This document shows, in pieces, positions 56,403 through 64,000 of a stretch of 64,000 nucleotides of DNA. Under the pieces are notes generated by a model. That model was not told the DNA's origin and ran no database searches. It saw only the letters and a list, made by a program, of their open reading frames with translations. The position numbers and the translations under genes are program-made. Position 1 is the first letter of the stretch; each line of letters starts with the position of its first letter. The DNA is from Camelus ferus (lineage: Eukaryota): positions 44,146,001 to 44,210,000 of the forward strand of contig NC_045697.1 in NCBI RefSeq assembly GCF_009834535.1, written 5' to 3'.

Positions 56403-58659
56403 AAAAAGAAAAAGATGGAAAATGAGTGACTTTTTTACCAAGGTTTCCATGGTGACACACTTTCTCCAAACTGATGAATGGTTTTCTCGGCTGGTCATTG
56501 TTTTTGTCCTTCAGGTGACACAGAAACTCAGGTGATAAAGTCAGAGCCAAATTTCAGTGCTCGTGCCTCAGACTTTATCTAAAAAAGCATTTTAAGGTCC
56601 ACTTAACCTGACCCAGCAGGTCCTTTTTATTGGCACAAACAACCTAGAAATGAAGCATCTTACTTAAGAGGAAGGTGCTGGCTCTGTGATCAGGGAAACA
56701 AAACAATAGCTGCCAGCTAGAGAGTATGGAAAACTGTATTGTAAAGATCAGACGTGGGGGGGCTGCGCAGAGCAGGACTGTAGTGTAGCCGTGGAGTAAA
56801 ACCTCTGAGTCAAATGCTGCATGTAGGCTGCCGACTTCAGGCCGGTGCTTAATCCGTGTCTTTGGGGTGGTTGTTGGGTGGCTGCTTAGGAGCTGGTTAC
56901 TACTCTCCATATACAGAGGAGACATTGATGTGTAATTAAGGTCTTCAGGATTGTGGAAATTTCCTGAGATTGCCCTGGAAATGGGGGAAGAAAGTCAAAT
57001 ACCAGTGGACTTGGAAATGAAGAGATAAAGAATAGAGTTTAGAACTTGGGTTTAAATTAGTTTTCTTTTTATATCACTGTTATGTAAATATCATCATGCA
57101 CTTGCAATTTGACTGTATTGGTTTTAGCTTGGTTCCCTAAAGAGATAATGGCTTGTAAATGCAATCTGTGACCCAAATGAGCCAAGCCATCTTCCATAGA
57201 CAGCATCTTCTACCTCATCATCAAAATGCACTTGTCAAGCAAGCAGTTAATTTCCTGTGGTGTTGAGCCAAGTACAGTGTAAAACAAAAAACCAAAAACC
57301 CAAAAAACAGAGATCTGATCTCTCCCCTCCTACCTTTTATAAATCAAAGGAACAGCTGTGGTTTCCTCCCAGTAGTGTATCCAACTTAATGTTCTCTCAG
57401 TACGGGTAGAAATAGAAAATAAAATACTCTTACCTCTTTAAAAGTTTCATGCATGAAATTAGAAATGAATGCCTGAAATTTAACTGTTTCGTGGAGTAGT
57501 TTGTCAATCTGCTCCTTTAATAAATATGTTCATAAGCAGCTTTTGCAGATGGTTACAATGTAGCTCGTCTCTAGTCTCAACCTATGACTCACTAGAGTGT
57601 CCCTGAAAGTGTTTGTTTTGCCCTAGAGTCTCTTTATAAGCAAAAGAAGGTATTTATTAGCAAGTGTGAATAGTGCCCACATACCTGCCCCTCCTGTCTC
57701 CCACCCCCAAATCCATTGTGTTTGGCTCCCTAGCTCTTGACAAGTGGGTGAGTCATTAACATTTTTTAGCCCTACTCAAGTTGCTCCAGGGTCTTGACTC
57801 CATCTGGAGCTCTAGGGAGAGTTGTCACTACCCTCTGAGTGTAGACTGGATATGAACCTAAACTTGGCAGAGCTCCCATGAGGGTCAGAATAAACCACAG
57901 TTATTAGTGCTAATATTCCCTCGTGCACAGAGCTGCTGTTCAGTGAGTGTGTGCTGCTAGGGCTCTACCAGTGGTTAAAATATTGAATAGCTGTGCCTCC
58001 CCTGGTACTCCTGGAATTCCCAACAATCCAAGAGCTTAAGGATCAATACCTGGCAGCTGTGGGGCTTAAATCTAAATCTGTTCTGACTGGTTTTGATTGG
58101 CTGATGTCAAATACTTTTAATATCACCTCTGCATGTGCATCCTTGTTATCATATGATGCGTATAATCTTCAGCTTCTATCCCTTCACAATTCTGTTCTAA
58201 TTTAATGAGAACTTTAAAAAAATCAGTCTGTCATTCTGGCTTAATTTTATATCCCAAACCATGGAAGGAAAAGTGTAAGAGATTAATCTAAATTCTCGGT
58301 AGAAGCTAACTCACCTGTCCTAATAAAAATTCCTTTTGTGATAGAGACAATGTATGTCTAAAAGGTGATTTTAATTTTATTTTCTAGTTAATAATTACCT
58401 TTATGGAAGATCCCCCCCAAAAGATTTGATATTAATTTTATCATCAGAAAAAATAACACTGTAAGGATAAGATTGTGAAGGTGCATCTCTAGTTGCTGGG
58501 TATTGGGAGGACAGAATGTGGAGGACCTTGTCGTGAATCCAGGTGGTACTCCTGGTTCACAGACCATCGCCTGTGATGTTGTAAACGATGTCTAGGTTTC
58601 CAGCAGCCCAGGGTCAGTGCCACTCAAACCATACCTGGGCTTGGTAGAGGAAATTGTTT

Positions 58660-59170
58660 CAATGATAGAAAATGTCAAATGCACACAAAAGTAAAGAGAA
58701 TGGAGTCTGTACTCCCACAACCCCTCCTAGGCTGGGGATTTTTTTCTTTATAACATTTTACTTTGATATATAATTTCAGACACAGAGAGCAGCTTTAAGG
58801 CAACTCCCATATATACTCTACCCAGACTGAACAATTTGCATCTTATACCATTGTCTTTATCGTGTTTTCTGTGCATATGTATTGTATATATATGTGTGTA
58901 TGTACTATTTTTTTTGAGCCATTTGAGAATAAGTTGGAGATATTCTGTCTTTTTATGTCTAAATACTTCAGTATATATTTCATAATAATAAGAATATAGC
59001 CACAGCAGAATGATTGAAACCAGGGATTTAACCTTGATATTATCTAATCCACAGTGGATAGTCAAATGTCATCAGGTATCCTAGCAATGTCCTTTATAGT
59101 TTTTGGGTTTTTTTTTTCCCTTTAGGATTGTGTTGAAGCAAATTCCAGACAATTGCATCTATAAATACTT
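58660..59170 (-). mobile_element. Degenerate L1M(C)-like fragments
   Basis: ttttttgagccatttgagaataagttg, ctaaatacttcagt motifs. Confidence 0.5.
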
Positions 59171-61409
59171 AAGTGTCGAGTATTAGTGGGGGTGATTCTG
59201 GCTACATCGTCCACAAAGAAAACCTGGGGGACCACCTTTCCCCTACCAATGGCCCCAGTTCTTGGGGGGAAACAGCTTTCAGAGGCAGTTTTCAGAAGTG
59301 GGGAGGGGTAGAAGCTGAGAAGCAGGCGGTAGTTCTCAGGGTGGTCTGGGAGCTGTGTACTGGGCTCATCTGAGTTGCTCATTGAACGTGCTGATTTGGG
59401 GGCTCTCCCCCGACTCTACAGGATGAGGACCTCTGGGAGCAGCCCGGGGCTCTGCATTTTAACAGGCGCTGCAGGTGGCTCTTATACTCTGTGTGTTGGA
59501 GGCGCTCTGACCAGGGCGCAGGTGGCCTGGGAGGGACGCTGTGCTCCTCTCAGTTAAACACTGCGTTCCCTTCCCCCTCCCCTGTCTCAGAACTGGTGTA
59601 AGGCTACTGTTACATTGTCTGGAATTCCACTAGCCCGAGATGCCTTAGGGTCGATAAGAGGCAGCATTTTGGAAGTGGAAATAGTTGCAGGGTCTCCCTC
59701 TCAGCACACATCTTCTTACACAGGACTGATACGGAGGGGTGGGAGTTTCATTGTAGCGGGGAGAGTAAAGCCAGTGATATGGACCTGGAATACTTTGCGA
59801 GGGTGGTGAGAGCTTGTTTTCTGGGGTGGGGTAGGGTGTCATACCTGGGGGAAAAGCTGTTCAGAAGAGGTGGAAAAACAAAAACAAAAACTCAGTAGCA
59901 AGCCTCAAACAAACTAGCCTTAGGCAAAAGCCTCCACCTGCGTGGAACAGGGTCCTGAACCCTTTCTTAGGACTGATGTGAAGACTTCATTAGGTGCAGC
60001 CGCCAACTGCGCAGCCTCAGCGCCTCCCCTCGCCATCTTCCCCTCCAGGAGGAGTAGCGGTGGCGTCATTACTATCACTCCCAGGACCAGACATGCGCAC
60101 TGGTGCTGTGAATCCGCTATGTAGATGTGTCCGGCTCCAGTAGACGTGTCCATCCTAGATCTGGAGGTCGATGGAGCCCTTCTCTCAGGCTATTTCATCT
60201 CTGAGGGTCAGTGGCTTCACAGTCATCTTCATTCGCTGAGGAGCAGACGCTTCTCAGATCGGGCGCGGGGGATGCAGTGCAGCGCAGCCCGGGACAAGAC
60301 ACACTTTAAGGGGCATCCTGGACCCAGGCTTCTCTGCTGCCTGAGATACAAGGGCCCTTTGTAAATGTTTCTGACCCACCAACAGATAATAACCTTGGGA
60401 AGACACCGGGCCCTAGGTGTTCACTGTGCATCTGAGGGGGGCCGAGGGCTTAATCCTAACTTGCGTCAGGTCAACATGGCCCCGTGACACAAGTGACAAC
60501 CCTCACCCAGGACAGTTACCCAAGTGGATGTTTCAGCTCCTCCCGCTGTTGAATCTTCCCCCTCCTTTCTCTTGGAAAGGGGCTGCGCTCTCCAAGTCCT
60601 TTTTCCTTTTGAGTGGTTCTCAGGCGGTAGCTGGCGCCTGTTTAGATCTGGGGCCGGTTCAGCCTCCCTCAGGGGAGCCGGGCTGGGTTTCTCTCATTCA
60701 ATGATGAGCCCGAAGAGGCGGCAGAGAGCCTTCCAAACCCAGCCAGGCCTGGAGTCTTCGCAGGGAAGGAGAAATGCACAGCCCTGAGAGCAGAGCTCCC
60801 GCTGGCCCTGTGCCCAGACTGCCCGATGTGTGGGCGCGGTCCTGGAGAAGCAGTCGGACAAGCTGGCCTCTCTGGGCCCCCTGGGGCTGCCAGGTGCTCC
60901 TTTAGTCTAGAGGTTGGAGGGAAGATTTTGGACTCATACATTTTTGCTGATTAACTAAAATGCTAATCTCCCTACTTTCCCCTTGGTCAGGGCCGTTCCT
61001 AGTGGACATTAATTGGGTTTATGAAAAAAACATGTATATTTTAAAGTGCAAAAGAGGTTCCCCAGGCACCGTTGTGATGATTCTGAGTAGACAGACTGGT
61101 GTTTGCCCTGTGCTGGGGTTCAGGAGCAGGGAGGGGGCGCTTCTGGGATGCACTTTTCCACCTGCTTGGAGACAGACAGGCTAAAGGTTTAGAGGCCTAA
61201 TTAAGTTCTGCTTTCCATGCATTTATGGACGTGTGCCTAGTGTGGGCCAGCTGCTGGGAATACACAGATGAGCAAGCTATCACTCCTACCCTCAAGATCT
61301 AGAAGGGAACTGCAGTTCAGGGTGATGAATGCCAGCACAGAAGCAGGCCTGAGGTGAGGGGCAGGGATTGCTAGAGGTGGGCATTCTAACTCTTTTAATT
61401 CATGAAACA

Positions 61410-61710
61410 GTAATCCTGCAGGGCCTTAGTGTCTTAACTGCAGTTCTGAACAACAACAAAACTTTGAAAACGAAATTATTTCATAACGAATGTAGAGAGG
61501 AAGCTTAACCTGATGAATGCATTTGGTAGCAAAATTGGACCTAAACTATTTATCCTATTTAGTCCGAATATTCATATTGATGTTTTGGATGACAGACCCA
61601 CTCTGCATGTTACTATAATGCATAGGCATTCTATTACCTTTCTCAAATCTAAGAAATTCTGAATCTGGAAGCACGTCTGACCCTTGGGTTTTGATAAGGG
61701 ACTGTGGGCT
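61410..61710. mobile_element. Tigger-family (MER46C-like) relic
   Basis: aaattctgaatctggaagcacgtctgacccttgggttttgataagggactgtgggcttgt. Confidence 0.5.
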
Positions 61711-62952
61711 TGTCCTGGTATCACTGCATTTTGCACCTGAGCAGGCAGAGTGCAGGGCGGACTCATTGGCCCAAGATCGCAGAGCTGGTAAGAGGCAGTC
61801 AGGGCTTGCGAGAGTCTTCTTTTGATTCCTGAGCCCCGCTGGGTAGCCTCAGGTGACACTATCTTGAGAGGCACTGACTTACTTCCTACACAGCAGTGAT
61901 CTGGGTACTGGATTCGTGGGCAGCTCTGGAGGGGTTGGATCAGGGTAGCATTGCCCACGATTGGTTGAGATCTACCCTCTCAGTGACAGTGACAGAGATA
62001 TGGGTGTCAATCTGCCCCCTTCTCCCGGGCTCAGCCTGGTGGTAGTCAGGGCCTATTTAACAGAAAATGGTAATTTTGCACCTCTCTGCCCACAGGATCT
62101 GCCATTGCTTTATCAAAAAGCTGCCCCCCACTCCCCCTGGTTATTTCTCACTGCTCCTTTTCTCCATCCTTCTCACATTTTACCCCATCACTTGCTTCTG
62201 GTCTGTAACCCCCTAGGTCTGTTAAACCAGTGGGAAAGATGTACTCGTACATAATTCTGGAGTTTTGTAGGTTGGATCCAGGGTCAGCTTTGTGTATAAC
62301 CAGGAAGTTGCCAACAGTGAGAAGTGATTTTGGGGACACAGGCCTTACATGGCCATCAAATTACCTTCCTCAGCTGTCCTAGCAATTGGGGCAGGGGTTC
62401 CTGGCTGGGGCTGGATACTTGAGGGTTTCATAAGCCCCTGAAATAGGTTTTGTATTTGTTAGCATTTTTCTTGATTGGATTCTCAGCAGAGCCTGTGACT
62501 TTAAAAAGGTTAAGTGCTGCTGGGCCGGAGTGAGCCTCATTAAACATGCCAGCATGTCCTAAAAGGATGAACAGTAAACGAGTGTTCATTTACGTACTCT
62601 CGTCCATTATCCCTGTCTTGTATCTGTAGTCAGTATGATCGCTTTCATGCTTTATTTAATAGATAGGCTAATTAAGCTTTGATAGGCTGAAGGAAAGGCC
62701 TGGGAGCTTCTGGGTTCAATGGGTCTGTGTGGGGTAGGTCTCCATGGAGCCCCTCAGATGAGGGACCCATTTGGATTGTGGGACAACCCAAAGACAAAAA
62801 ACAAAGGGTGTTTTTCACCATTTTACTTAGTTCACAATTTTGCTGTGGTCTTGTCACTAGGGAAGCAGTGATGACTCCTCCAAGGGCCTTTCCCTGCCTC
62901 TACTTAGCTCTGCTTGTTAGAAGCACTCCGAGGATAAGAATCTAAGGAGGTA

Positions 62953-63472
62953 GTGCATTTCTTTTCTCTTGTTGCTGCAACAGATTATCACAAAGTTAGT
63001 GATTTACAGCAAAACAAATGTATAATCTTACCGTTCTATACATTAGAGGTCCACATAGGTCTCAGTAGGCTAAAATCAAGGTGGCAACAGGGCTACATTC
63101 CTTTCTGGAGGCTCCGGGGGAGAATCCATTCTCTTGCCTTTTCTGGCTTCTGGAGGCTGCCTGCGTTTCTTGGCTCGTGGCCCCTTTCTCTGTCTTCAAA
63201 GCCAGGCTCTATCCTCCACCTAGTGGGTCAAGTGCTTCTCACATAGCGTCCCTCTGACCTCATTTTCTACTTCTCTTCCACTTTTAAGGACCCTTGTGAT
63301 TCTATTGGGCCCACTTGGATAATTCAGGATAATCTATTCTTGAAAGACAGCTGATTAACAACCTTAATTCCACCTGTAACCTTACTTCCCCTTTGCCATG
63401 TAATGAAACATACTCACAGGTACCAGGGACTAGGATGTGGACATCTTTGGGAGGCCGTTATTCTGCCTACCA
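62953..63472 (-). mobile_element. MaLR solo LTR (MLT1C/D-like)
   Basis: gctgcaacagattatcacaaa ... ctaaaatcaaggtggcaacagggc ... gggcccacttggataattcaggataatct ... ttattctgcctacca. Confidence 0.8.
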
Positions 63473-64000
63473 GCCCCAGATACACAAGAAAACTAATCTG
63501 CATTCCTCCCTTTGGTTATTATAGGTACCACCTAGATAGAAAACTCAGTTGTGTATAACCTTCCTTCAAGGAGAGCTCATCCTTGTGAGAGATGTATCAA
63601 AGGGTCATGATGTCTCCAGCTCTCTGACCCTGTCCTCCTCTCCCTTGGGCAGAGGGAGCAGATGAGGTCTGCCCATCTCCCGGGCTACGGCTTGCTAGGA
63701 ATAGCCCTGGAGCTGTAGCCCTCCTAGGAACCTGCCAAAGGACGTCTGCTGATGCCAGCGTTGGCCCACCTACCTCTGGCTAGTCCCTGGGGTGACATAT
63801 GTTAGCAAAAATTGACTGGAGGCAGCGTGGGGTCTTGAAACCATCAGATAGGCAGTTCATTGGAGAGATTCCTGGCATTTAGAGGAGAGATTCTTGGCCT
63901 GTTTGGAATATCCTTTGTGATTGTGTGCAGTGTGTGAGCAGGGATGAGAGGACAACTGTAATAATAGCCACAGAAACAGGTGCAAATTTATACAAGAAAA

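Noticed and set aside
56313..56550. Lys/Arg-rich and Phe-rich ORFs
   Set aside because: Translation of a SINE A/GA-rich tail.
62953..63246. 97-aa ORF
   Set aside because: Lies within an MLT1 LTR; no coding signature.
1..64000. CRISPR arrays, prokaryotic operons or defence systems
   Set aside because: The sequence is spliced mammalian DNA; no repeat-spacer arrays or long intronless ORFs are present.

Overview
Mammalian (eukaryotic) genomic DNA, most likely from a camelid, judged from four copies of a short tRNA-derived SINE resembling the camelid Vic-1 type. The + strand carries the 3' two-thirds of SEC31A (COPII outer-coat protein): 19 coding exons from 1185 to the stop at 36541-36543, all with AG/GT boundaries and consistent phase, followed by a 3' UTR with ATTAAA/AATAAA signals. 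About 11 kb downstream are the CpG-island promoter and coding exon 1 of SCD5 (47671-47908) and the start of its large intron 1. The rest is intron or intergenic DNA with L1, L2, MIR, MER and MLT relics. I found no new gene system. The most interesting signals concern splicing and local sequence evolution: (i) a 75-nt SEC31A exon whose start duplicates its own 5' splice site (recursive-splicing architecture); (ii) a set of frame-preserving cassettes bracketing the ALG-2- and Sec23-binding motifs, including a 39-nt exon that the ORF track shows only in the wrong frame and a candidate 12-nt microexon; (iii) a back-to-back double CTCF-like motif; (iv) two intragenic CpG-rich patches; (v) a strong-Kozak uORF upstream of SCD5. 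Repeat family names and comparisons with human are from recall, not from searches.
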